Virus record (IMG/VR): IMGVR_UViG_3300045988_124514 | Length of the DNA: 41,378 bases | Strand: one strand, 5' to 3' | Source: a virus | Shown here: in pieces, positions 20,164-28,209 of the stretch | Layout of the letters: every line of letters starts with the position of its first letter | Position numbering within the stretch: position 1 is the first letter of the stretch | Translations under genes and position numbers: made by a program | The notes under the pieces: model-generated | The model's database searches: none | Seen by the model: only the letters and a program-made list of their open reading frames with translations | Told to the model about the DNA's origin: nothing

Positions 20164-21342
20164 ATGGATTACGAAAAACTAAAAAAGGTAATTGCCAAAC
20201 AGATAAAGAAGAATGGGCAAGGGGAAATAACTGGACCTGTTCTTCAAGCGGTTCTTATGGCGATGGTGGATATCCTCGGAGAGGTCTATCCGCAGACCTA
20301 TACGAATGAGCAGAAAGCGCAGGCGAGGGCGAACATAGATGCGCTATCCAACCACAACGGAGAGATAACCAAAGAGAAGCTCTCATTAGAGGTGCAGGCT
20401 ATCTTAGGTGATGTGCCGAACAAGCAGAACATCTCCGATGCAACACTTGCGACCCAAGCGAAGACCATCGTAGGGGCAATAAACGAACTGACCAACAAGG
20501 AGGGTTTGTTGTTCCTCGGCATTTTGGGCCCAAATGACCCTGCACCGAGCAACGAACCGACGAAAGGCTACTACCTTTCGTTCCAAGCCTCCACGAAAGA
20601 GACACCTTACTTCAATGGCGTGCACTTGCATCGCTACTCCATGCTCATCTGGACGCAGGACGAGACGGGCCGCTGGAAGTTCAATAGGGTAAAGTATGAA
20701 GACCACCGAGGGCCGAAGAGGATTGTCGTCGGTCGAGCTCTGCCCATACACGTCAACCAAGATGGGCTACATTTCACTGTCCATCTTTCGGGAGATGGAA
20801 CAAGGGACACTTATGCGGTGTGCGGAAAGCAAGTATTAAGAGGTGAACCAGACGGCTTATTGACTAAATATTTAGAACCCGTATATGGCACAGGGCGAAA
20901 AAGTGAACTACCAAATCAATATGCTTTCATTTCATTCAGAAAAGAAGACGACGGAAGAACTCTTGAACGAGACAGTCTCCCAGGTTTCATAGCAGACCGT
21001 GTGATTGATGGTCCCATTAAATTGCCTGCATGTTCTGAGGCATATGAGATATTTAGAAATAGAATTTTTTGGCGCCCTAAAATTCAAAGTACATTAACAA
21101 GAATGACCCGAAGAGTAAAAGATAACACAGGTCGAACGAAACCCGATGGTACAGATGCAACAAGGTTGATAGTTAAAAATATCCCGGGTGCTATTATCTC
21201 AGATACCTCAAATTTTCCTTATGGTGAATATCGTAGAGCAAAGAGATATAATATGATTAGTGGAGGTAAAAGAGCGGCAGGCTTATCGGAAAACTGCATA
21301 AAGTTTATGCATCAAAATACTTTATATACGAATAAAGGATAA
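20164..21342 (+). CDS. Tail fibre protein (putative), 392 aa, mosaic
   Basis: The motif TLATQAKTIVGAINEL is shared with the next gene (TLATTSKEVVGAINEL). Composition turns AT-rich after about 20760. Confidence 0.6.
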   Translation: MDYEKLKKVIAKQIKKNGQGEITGPVLQAVLMAMVDILGEVYPQTYTNEQKAQARANIDALSNHNGEITKEKLSLEVQAILGDVPNKQNISDATLATQAKTIVGAINELTNKEGLLFLGILGPNDPAPSNEPTKGYYLSFQASTKETPYFNGVHLHRYSMLIWTQDETGRWKFNRVKYEDHRGPKRIVVGRALPIHVNQDGLHFTVHLSGDGTRDTYAVCGKQVLRGEPDGLLTKYLEPVYGTGRKSELPNQYAFISFRKEDDGRTLERDSLPGFIADRVIDGPIKLPACSEAYEIFRNRIFWRPKIQSTLTRMTRRVKDNTGRTKPDGTDATRLIVKNIPGAIISDTSNFPYGEYRRAKRYNMISGGKRAAGLSENCIKFMHQNTLYTNKG

Positions 21343-21440
21343 CAAAAAAAGAGTACGAACATGGACAAGTGAACTTACTTCACCGACCCGAGATATCGTA
21401 CTCTTCAAGTGCAAATATAAGAAATTATTTTTGAAATACA

Positions 21441-23000
21441 ATGAAAAATAAGATTTTTATAAATACAGATGAAAATAAATTCGCCAGAGAGGTGCTACCA
21501 AAACAAAGTGGTCTTTTTCTCGTTAAAGGCTCGATAAAATTAGATGATACTCACCTGTCTCTGCCAACCGAAACGTTTCTGGTGATTTTCTCCGCTGTAC
21601 GAGACGATCTCCACTCTCTCGTCATTTGTTCACAGGGTGCGTTCTTCGACGATGTGAAGGTGTGGGATATCGAGGACGGAGCGATAACCGAGGGAAAATT
21701 AGACACTGCTCTTACTGGAAAGGTCAATAACAATGTTAAAACAGTAGCGCAAACTCTTACAGACTTAGAGGTAGATACTGCCTGCAAGAACTTGAAGTTT
21801 AGGGATGCTAATGGCAATTTCTTTGCGGATAGAAAATCTTATGATGAAGTTGCAAAATTGTCAATAGCACCCAAATTTTCTATGTTTGGGAATAACTGTT
21901 TTTCTAACACATTTGGAGAGCACTGTTCCTATAATACTTTCGGGAACAACCTTTGGGGTAACACCTTTGGGAACTTTTGTGCAGATAATACATTTGGACT
22001 CTATTGTAATTCCAACAAATTCGGTAACGACTGTTCGAATAATATATTTGGGAGCAACTGTTCGAATAATATATTTGGGAACTTTTTTCAGTATGCCAAA
22101 ATTGACAGTGGGGTTATATACATAGAATTAAAGAGTAATACAAACCCGATGTCTCCTCTAAAGAACATCCACATTCTCTCGGGAGTAAGGGGTAAGTCAC
22201 GATCCGAAAGACTTGTTATCAACATCCCCGACGAATACCTCAACTCCTCACGAGAGCTCATCATCACTACCAAAAGAACAGACGGAGGTCCATCAACTCC
22301 AGAGGACATCGTTATGTACTATGCTGACGAGGTTGTAGATAAGCAGAACAAGCAAGACAATACTCTTGCAACCACTTCAAAGGAAGTCGTAGGTGCTATA
22401 AACGAGTTGTTCAACGGAGGTGTAAAAGACAAATCCATTGAGATAGGAAAGTTAGCACAAGCCGTACAGGATACTCTTGGAAAGGTGGGAGCGAGAGTGA
22501 AAGTGTTGTCAAGCGGTACTGACTTAAAGGCAGTAACAGAGGCAGGTGTTTACATTTTATCGGGAACAGCAAACTATCTAAATGCACCGAATAATTGGGA
22601 ACATTATAATACCGCAATTCTTATTGTTTCAGGGGATGGAAGTGATTATAATAACGGCAAGACAATCATTGGCTTCCAGAATGGTAGCCAATACCCATTT
22701 GCCGCTACTTTAAGAAACAACGAGTGGATAGAAACCGACTTTGAGGCAATCAAGTATTCCTACACTCCAGTACAGCTCACAGCTACCACCTCTACGAATA
22801 AAACGCAGTTAGATTTATTCCTTTCCAAAGTACCAACCGCACAGGTTATGCACTGCACCTATAAGGATGTGTATGCAGGTACTTTACATAAGATAAATGG
22901 AAGCTGGTATGGTGTACTCGTAGGAGAGAGCAACACTCTTGCTGGGCAGTTAAGTATCAAACTGCAAGCAGATGGAACTATTATAGAGGGAACGGCTTAA
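21441..23000 (+). CDS. Tail fibre or receptor-binding protein (putative), 519 aa, with nonapeptide repeats
   Basis: Seven xxCxxNxFG repeats plus the VGAINEL fibre-type motif. Confidence 0.6.
   Translation: MKNKIFINTDENKFAREVLPKQSGLFLVKGSIKLDDTHLSLPTETFLVIFSAVRDDLHSLVICSQGAFFDDVKVWDIEDGAITEGKLDTALTGKVNNNVKTVAQTLTDLEVDTACKNLKFRDANGNFFADRKSYDEVAKLSIAPKFSMFGNNCFSNTFGEHCSYNTFGNNLWGNTFGNFCADNTFGLYCNSNKFGNDCSNNIFGSNCSNNIFGNFFQYAKIDSGVIYIELKSNTNPMSPLKNIHILSGVRGKSRSERLVINIPDEYLNSSRELIITTKRTDGGPSTPEDIVMYYADEVVDKQNKQDNTLATTSKEVVGAINELFNGGVKDKSIEIGKLAQAVQDTLGKVGARVKVLSSGTDLKAVTEAGVYILSGTANYLNAPNNWEHYNTAILIVSGDGSDYNNGKTIIGFQNGSQYPFAATLRNNEWIETDFEAIKYSYTPVQLTATTSTNKTQLDLFLSKVPTAQVMHCTYKDVYAGTLHKINGSWYGVLVGESNTLAGQLSIKLQADGTIIEGTA
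22030..22083 (+). repeat. 27-bp tandem duplication inside the fibre gene
   Basis: ACTGTTCGAATAATATATTTGGGA occurs twice back to back, encoding DCSNNIFGS / NCSNNIFGN. Confidence 0.85.
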
Positions 23001-23016
23001 AAAACGAACTGCAGTT

Positions 23017-23610
23017 ATGATAGGGGACGCAATAAATACGGCACAAAGCATATCCAATTTCGGGATGTTGGCGGTCACGGCAGGGTTCTTCCTTGTTCTC
23101 TCCGCAATACTTATGGTCACTTGTTTCAAGTGGTTTATGCGTGTTATCAACAACACTATGGACAATCAGAAAAAGGCTATGGAGGAGTTGGTGACGGAAA
23201 CGAAGTCGCAAAACGAAAAGTTGGATGACATAGCCGAGGGACTGAAAGTGGAAACTCAATTAAGGGTCAAGACCATCAGCGGATTGGTCTTTGACTTGGG
23301 AGTGGAAACCGCAGTCAAGATGATTGCGCAGGTGAAGACAGAAAACCACATTGTGGACAAGGAAGCAACGGCGCGGAAGATACGCAGCCTTTGCACGAAT
23401 GTTCACGATGACCGCAATTCCAAATTGAATTGTTTCACCTACCGAGGGAAGAAACTCTCCTCCTACACTGACGATAAGTGGATTGATTGGGTAGCTGAGG
23501 TAGTAAAGAATGAGGTTTATTCCGACCACGAGCAAAGGCTTGTGAGGACGAATGTAGAAACCATCTATGCGAAGATTAAGTTAGAGTTTTATAAAAACAT
23601 AAATTTATGA
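23017..23610 (+). CDS. Membrane-anchored protein, 197 aa (lysis-module associated)
   Basis: N-terminal hydrophobic helix FGMLAVTAGFFLVLSAILMVTCF. ATGA-coupled to the endolysin gene. Confidence 0.6.
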   Translation: MIGDAINTAQSISNFGMLAVTAGFFLVLSAILMVTCFKWFMRVINNTMDNQKKAMEELVTETKSQNEKLDDIAEGLKVETQLRVKTISGLVFDLGVETAVKMIAQVKTENHIVDKEATARKIRSLCTNVHDDRNSKLNCFTYRGKKLSSYTDDKWIDWVAEVVKNEVYSDHEQRLVRTNVETIYAKIKLEFYKNINL

Positions 23611-23978
23611 TTAAGAGCAAGTATTTTTCTGAAAAAGAGTTTAGGCGGTGCAATCCACCTTGCAGTTTGCAGGATATGGACCAAGATGCGATGACCTACT
23701 TTGACCAAGTAAGGGAAGACGCAGGCATACCGCTCGTTATCAATTCGGCTTATCGTAGTCCGGATTGGGAGAAGAAACAGGGTAGGAGTGGCAATTCAGC
23801 CCATACGAGGGGAATGGCACTTGACATCAGGTGCACCACATCTGCAAACCGATACAAGATTGTCAGTGCGCTTTTGGGCAATTACTGCACGAGGATTGGA
23901 GTGGGAAAGACTTTCATCCACGCCGACTTCGACCCGACACTTCCGCAGGAAGTTATGTGGGACTATTACGAAGAATAA
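23607..23978 (+). CDS. Endolysin, peptidase M15 (zinc D-Ala-D-Ala carboxypeptidase-like)
   Basis: Reads SAHTRGMALD (H-x6-D) and FIHADFD, the metal-ligand pattern of the VanY/M15 family. 123 aa. Confidence 0.75.
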   Translation: MIKSKYFSEKEFRRCNPPCSLQDMDQDAMTYFDQVREDAGIPLVINSAYRSPDWEKKQGRSGNSAHTRGMALDIRCTTSANRYKIVSALLGNYCTRIGVGKTFIHADFDPTLPQEVMWDYYEE

Positions 23979-23998
23979 CAACCAAAAATTCACAAAGT

Positions 23999-24271
23999 AT
24001 GAAGAAGATTTTCAAACTTATTTGGGGCTATATGCAGACTGACGGATTGCAGCATTTGCTCGTATGCTATGCACTTGTAGTTACACTTGCATTGTTCGAC
24101 ACGGCTAACTTCCCGATAGCAGGTACTATGGTAGCAGTCTTTTGCGCTATCATCAAGGAATGTTGGGATGCGTCCTACAAGCACGCAACGAAGAAGCAAA
24201 TCATCCACGATTTAGTCTTCGATGCGCTGGGCATACTAATAGCGATTGGGATATGTCTTTTGAGGGGATAA
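23999..24271 (+). CDS. Holin-like membrane protein, 90 aa
   Basis: Three hydrophobic segments. Lies directly after the endolysin gene. Start trimmed to ATG 23999 within track ORF 23831..24271. Confidence 0.55.
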   Translation: MKKIFKLIWGYMQTDGLQHLLVCYALVVTLALFDTANFPIAGTMVAVFCAIIKECWDASYKHATKKQIIHDLVFDALGILIAIGICLLRG

Positions 24272-24726
24272 AGAACATTTGTCTTGGAATGGTGATAGGG
24301 GCAGTCGCAGGATTGCTCCTATTCGCCTATTTTAAGCCACCTAAAACGATAATAAAGACCGAAGTGGAGGAAGTTATCGTAAGGGACACTTTAATCGTCT
24401 TAAAACCCACTGAAATTGAGCGAAGAATAGTGGATACCTTGTATGTGGCTGTGAGGGACACGATAGTACGGAACGACACCACCTATGTAACACTGCCGAG
24501 GGAAGAAAAAGAATATGCCGACACCACCTACCGGGCAGTAGTGAGCGGATATTCCCCACGATTGGAGAGCATAGAGGTTTATCCGACTACCATATACCGA
24601 ACGAAGACCGAGTATCTGAACCAAAAATTCTCATTTGGCATACAGGTCGGCATAGGGTACTGCGGAGAAATAAAACCCTACATAGGTATTGGAGTTTCGT
24701 ACAATTTGTTTAACTTTGCATTGTAA
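24253..24726 (+). CDS. Membrane-anchored spanin-like protein, 157 aa
   Basis: N-terminal helix ICLGMVIGAVAGLLLFAYF. Overlaps the holin-like gene and is the last gene before a terminator. Confidence 0.5.
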   Translation: MSFEGIKNICLGMVIGAVAGLLLFAYFKPPKTIIKTEVEEVIVRDTLIVLKPTEIERRIVDTLYVAVRDTIVRNDTTYVTLPREEKEYADTTYRAVVSGYSPRLESIEVYPTTIYRTKTEYLNQKFSFGIQVGIGYCGEIKPYIGIGVSYNLFNFAL

Positions 24727-24767
24727 ATAAACGACGTTTTCCATTATAAGTTTTAGTTTTAGCGAAG

Positions 24768-24798
24768 AAGTCCGTGTTGTGAAATTCGGACTTTTTTT
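24768..24798 (+). terminator. Intrinsic terminator ending the late operon
   Basis: Stem AAGTCCG (24768-24774) / CGGACTT (24787-24793), followed by a T run. Confidence 0.75.
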
Positions 24799-24799
24799 G

Positions 24800-24807
24800 T
24801 ACCTTTG
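24800..24807 (+). promoter_or_regulatory. -7 promoter box TACCTTTG driving a non-coding unit
   Basis: TAnnTTTG. No ORF lies between it and the terminator at 24935-24971. Confidence 0.45.
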
Positions 24808-24934
24808 TAGTGCGTGACATAGCCATACAAAAGTAATTTACGCATTACTATTTTTTATCTTTCTCTCTGTCGGGAGATACAGGGAAAGGGTTTTTATAAT
24901 TCATATTTTATAATTAATTAATGTTGTGTAAAAA

Positions 24935-24971
24935 GGGGATTGTGCTGCCGGAATTGACAATCCTCTTTTTT
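24935..24971. terminator. Intrinsic terminator, potentially bidirectional
   Basis: Stem GGGGATTGT (24935-24943) / ACAATCCTC (24957-24965), then T6, with an A5 run upstream. Confidence 0.7.
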
Positions 24972-25031
24972 CGTCTTCACAAAATTTCGCAAAAAATTGC
25001 AGAAAAATTTGCATATGTCGGGGAAAGTATA

Positions 25032-25039
25032 TACCTTTG
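25032..25039 (+). promoter_or_regulatory. -7 promoter box TACCTTTG for the early operon
   Basis: TAnnTTTG lies 28 nt upstream of ATG 25067. Confidence 0.55.
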
Positions 25040-25066
25040 CAAAAGAAATCAAAAAAACACAACATT

Positions 25067-25408
25067 ATGAAAGAGTTTGAAACACTTACAAAAGAGGTTC
25101 TGCAAAGAGAACGGCAGTACGGCAGGCTGCTTTGCGAATGGAAATGCAAGGGATACGAGGGGAACGGAGAATACGGAGGGTGGTGCCTAATCATCAACTA
25201 CAAGCAGAACAAATGGAAGATACTTCCCATTTCCGGAGATGACCTCTCCAAAGGTGGAATAACCGCAGAGGGAGAGTTTTGGTTCGCAGACTACGACTAT
25301 CTGGTACAAGCACGGATTTTTACCCTTGTCAAGAAAGGGAGCGAAGAATACAAATACATTAAATCACAAATCAAAAATGGCAAAGAAAACTTATTACGAG
25401 AAGATTAA
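25067..25408 (+). CDS. Hypothetical early protein, 113 aa
   Basis: The track ORF 25037..25408 begins inside the promoter box. ATG 25067 is preferred. Confidence 0.6.
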   Translation: MKEFETLTKEVLQRERQYGRLLCEWKCKGYEGNGEYGGWCLIINYKQNKWKILPISGDDLSKGGITAEGEFWFADYDYLVQARIFTLVKKGSEEYKYIKSQIKNGKENLLRED

Positions 25409-25592
25409 GGCACGCAGGGAAGAGCTGGGTCTTACACGCAGGGCGGTTGCCACTGTAATCTATGGCAAGGGAGAAAGGACACTTGCCAACTACTACAATC
25501 TCGAAAGAGGAATTACCAAGCAAATCAAGTTCAAGAACCTTGCAAAGATAGGCAAGGCTTTGAATATGAGTTTGGATGAAATTTTCAATTAA
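25377..25592 (+). CDS. XRE-family helix-turn-helix transcriptional regulator, 71 aa
   Basis: IKARREELGLTRRAVA...LERG...LAKIGKALNMSLDEIF fits the HTH_3 pattern. Start trimmed to MAKKTYYEK. Confidence 0.7.
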   Translation: MAKKTYYEKIKARREELGLTRRAVATVIYGKGERTLANYYNLERGITKQIKFKNLAKIGKALNMSLDEIFN

Positions 25593-25594
25593 GT

Positions 25595-26689
25595 ATGGAA
25601 AAAGGACAAACACAAATTGCTTTCGGCACGACTGCCGAGCAAATGAAAGCATTGTACTTCAACGCCGCAACATTAAAGGATGTTACCTACAAGCTGTATC
25701 AACTCAATTCAAGAGGTGAGAGGTACTACTATACTTTCGGAACAGACGGAGAGCCTATCTTCTTCCCAAGTGTCACCACAGTGCTCCACAAGGTCGCACC
25801 CGAGAATAGGGGACTGACGGATTGGAAGTTGCGAATGGGTAAGGAGGCAGCGGACAACTACACCAACGAGAGAGCCTCCTATGGTACTTTCATCCACGGA
25901 TTGATAGAGCAGTTGGTCATTTCACGCAGGTTCAACCTCGAAGAAATCAAGGAGAAACTTGAAAAGTATGTAGAGAGGGAGAAACTTCCATACGGCTTTG
26001 TGGAGAGCCACATAGAGGAAGTAAAGGCGGATATGGTTGCTTTCGCCAAGTGGATGAGGGACTATGATGTCCGACCGCTTGCAGTAGAGGTGGCTTTGTA
26101 CTCACCGACTATGGGAGTAGCAGGAATGATAGACCTCGTGGCGGATGTCAGGGAGTACCCAATATCCAAAGAGGAAGAGATGGTCGCAAAGGCAAGTGAC
26201 GAGGCTATGAAAAGAAAGGTAAGTGACGAGGAGGGGAAAAGAAAGGCAAGGGAGAAGTACGGCAAGCGCATCTATGCCATAATTGACTTCAAGAGCGGAA
26301 AGAAAGGCTTTTACGATAATTATGCGCAGCAGTTGGAGATATACCGCAGAATGTGGAACGAGACTTTCCCTGAGTTGCCTATTACAAGGATGTTCAACAT
26401 CGCTCCGAAAGAGTGGATGGGCACGGCAAAGAAGGTGCCGACTTACAATTACGAGGAGCAGACGGACAACCCAGCAATCAACAAGGTAGACCCAATACTT
26501 GCTTTGTTCGCTTGCGAGGAGGAGCAGGATAGGAAGATAGTGAACATCTCTGGCACGATAGACCTCAACGAGGCGGAGGAAAACAACGTGCAAATCTACA
26601 ACCTTGCAGACCTTGTAAAGGAGAACAGGAAGAAGATTGACGAAGCGGAGAGCGCAGAGGATGAAATTGAAGAAGACGAATTATTTTAA
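25595..26689 (+). CDS. PD-(D/E)XK (RecB/Cas4/lambda-Exo-like) exonuclease
   Basis: Motifs GMIDLVAD, IIDFKSGKK (D-x-K) and YAQQLEIY (QxxxY). Acidic C-terminal tail. Confidence 0.65.
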   Translation: MEKGQTQIAFGTTAEQMKALYFNAATLKDVTYKLYQLNSRGERYYYTFGTDGEPIFFPSVTTVLHKVAPENRGLTDWKLRMGKEAADNYTNERASYGTFIHGLIEQLVISRRFNLEEIKEKLEKYVEREKLPYGFVESHIEEVKADMVAFAKWMRDYDVRPLAVEVALYSPTMGVAGMIDLVADVREYPISKEEEMVAKASDEAMKRKVSDEEGKRKAREKYGKRIYAIIDFKSGKKGFYDNYAQQLEIYRRMWNETFPELPITRMFNIAPKEWMGTAKKVPTYNYEEQTDNPAINKVDPILALFACEEEQDRKIVNISGTIDLNEAEENNVQIYNLADLVKENRKKIDEAESAEDEIEEDELF

Positions 26690-26691
26690 AT

Positions 26692-27363
26692 ATGAAAGGT
26701 AGGATTAGGAGAGAGGTGGCGGTATCGCCACTTCCTCCAAGATTAGGCAAGATTAAGTGCGGAAAAAGAAGTGAAAAGGGCTTTCCGCAGTCAGTGGACT
26801 ACTTTATAGCCACAGGCAAGTATGCACCTTTGTTCGATGCGGTTTATCCGCACGCAAATAGTCTATTGGTGTACTTCCCGAGCGATGACCCGGAGCAGGT
26901 TTGTAGGGAGAATTATGTTTACAGGGACAATGCCGGCAGAAAGGTTGCGGAGGGAGACGGAGAGGAGTTCTTGATTTGGAGCGAAAGAAAGCAGGCGAGA
27001 GTGAAGTGCAACATTAATGACAATCCCGACATAATGGCGCAGGTGGAGAAGAAATATCCGAGCAAGACAGGTTGGCAAGTCACCCTCACTCTGAATGTGG
27101 TGTTGCCTATGGTGAACAAGATATACGGAGTATGGACTTTCGAGACGAAAGCATCCGCAAGCAGCATCCCACAAATCCGAGATACCTTTGACGCTATGCT
27201 GGAAGCCAATGGGCATATCAGTGGAGTGCTATGCGACCTGAATGTAGCCTTTGCAAAGGCGGACAATCCATCGGGCAGTCGTTTCCCTGTTGTCACTTTG
27301 GTGCCGAATGAAACGGAAACGAATATAGCGAAAGTACAAGAGGTTAAAATGTTGGGGAGATGA
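26692..27363 (+). CDS. Hypothetical protein, possible recombination partner of the exonuclease
   Basis: Called only on its position directly after the exonuclease gene. No motif recognised. Confidence 0.6.
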   Translation: MKGRIRREVAVSPLPPRLGKIKCGKRSEKGFPQSVDYFIATGKYAPLFDAVYPHANSLLVYFPSDDPEQVCRENYVYRDNAGRKVAEGDGEEFLIWSERKQARVKCNINDNPDIMAQVEKKYPSKTGWQVTLTLNVVLPMVNKIYGVWTFETKASASSIPQIRDTFDAMLEANGHISGVLCDLNVAFAKADNPSGSRFPVVTLVPNETETNIAKVQEVKMLGR

Positions 27364-27767
27364 ACAGGAAAAAGGAAGAAGTTATAGGCTATCTTTCTTC
27401 GCAGAGCTGGTATCCGAGGTATTTGGAGTTACTGAACAAGTATCAGGACAGTGAGGCATACAAGGAAAGCATCTTGGCAGGGAACAAGCGAGAGTACACT
27501 TTGTTGTCTTCTTTTCCTTTCAAGGAATTGGACGAAAAAGAAAAGACAGAGTGGATAGAGCGCCACAATGCGTTTTTCCTTTGGTTCAGGAATATGACGA
27601 TGAGCAACCTATGTTACAAGAGTGGCTTTGACAAAGCCCAAAAGGCGAGGGAAGAGAGGGCGATTACTCTCCGCAAGAGGATAGAGCGAAGAGAAAGGAG
27701 AGCGAGCCAAAATAAGGGGCAAATGAGCGCATTAAAGCGCAAAGACGATAAGAGTATCCAAAAATAG
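27360..27767 (+). CDS. Hypothetical protein, 135 aa, basic C-terminus
   Basis: ORF track. ATGA coupling. Confidence 0.65.
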   Translation: MNRKKEEVIGYLSSQSWYPRYLELLNKYQDSEAYKESILAGNKREYTLLSSFPFKELDEKEKTEWIERHNAFFLWFRNMTMSNLCYKSGFDKAQKAREERAITLRKRIERRERRASQNKGQMSALKRKDDKSIQK

Positions 27768-27773
27768 TCATAA

Positions 27774-28016
27774 GTGGCTAAAATAACCCTTAAATTAAGT
27801 TACACAACATTTATGGATGAAAGTTACGAATATGATGAATGTCCTTACTGCAAAGGCAGTGGATATGAGATGACCGAGGATGGCTTGGTGGAGTGCGAGT
27901 ATTGCGACGGCAGAGGTATAATGCTCACGGACGACCCAGCTTACTTGGAGTATATGGAGCGGTTCAAGCCCGACCCCGACGACTTGTGGGAGGAAAAACG
28001 AACAAGGTTCGATTAG
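27774..28016 (+). CDS. Small zinc-finger protein (two CxxCxGxG motifs, DnaJ-CR-like)
   Basis: CPYCKGSG and CEYCDGRG. Start is GTG 27774 or ATG 27813. Confidence 0.55.
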   Translation: MAKITLKLSYTTFMDESYEYDECPYCKGSGYEMTEDGLVECEYCDGRGIMLTDDPAYLEYMERFKPDPDDLWEEKRTRFD

Positions 28017-28041
28017 GTATTGAAAAATCCGAAAAAGTTAC

Positions 28042-28049
28042 TACCTTTG
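28042..28049 (+). promoter_or_regulatory. -7 promoter box TACCTTTG upstream of the replication genes
   Basis: TAnnTTTG lies 160 nt upstream of ATG 28210. Confidence 0.5.
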
Positions 28050-28143
28050 CATTAGAGTTGTCCGCCAACAACTATTGAGATAGTTTGGGAAGACGGCTCA
28101 CAGATTGAAAGTCGGCAATCTGGCAAATAGAAATTTATGAAAG

Positions 28144-28195
28144 AGCCTTTGAGTAGGGTGCGGTCCGACTAACACACCCGAAAAAAGGCTTTTTT
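28144..28195 (+). terminator. Terminator/attenuator-like nested hairpin in the replication-gene leader
   Basis: Outer stem AGCCTTT (28144-28150) / AAAGGCT (28184-28190), inner stem GGGTG (28156-28160) / CACCC (28175-28179), then T5. Confidence 0.5.
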
Positions 28196-28209
28196 AATTT
28201 TGATTGTTT

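Noticed and set aside
21441-23000. A diversity-generating retroelement targeting the fibre gene
   Set aside because: There is no reverse transcriptase gene anywhere in the genome, and no template-repeat/variable-repeat pair. The repeats are in-frame structural nonapeptides.
24901-25197. The 98-aa minus-strand ORF in the late/early intergenic region
   Set aside because: It spans a strong terminator hairpin and the early promoter box, and overlaps the 5' end of the first early gene in antisense.
25067-25592. The overlapping 113-aa gene plus XRE gene as a HigB/HigA-type toxin-antitoxin pair
   Set aside because: I see no RelE/HigB-like motifs in the upstream protein. The pair sits at the head of the early operon, where a simple regulator is expected.
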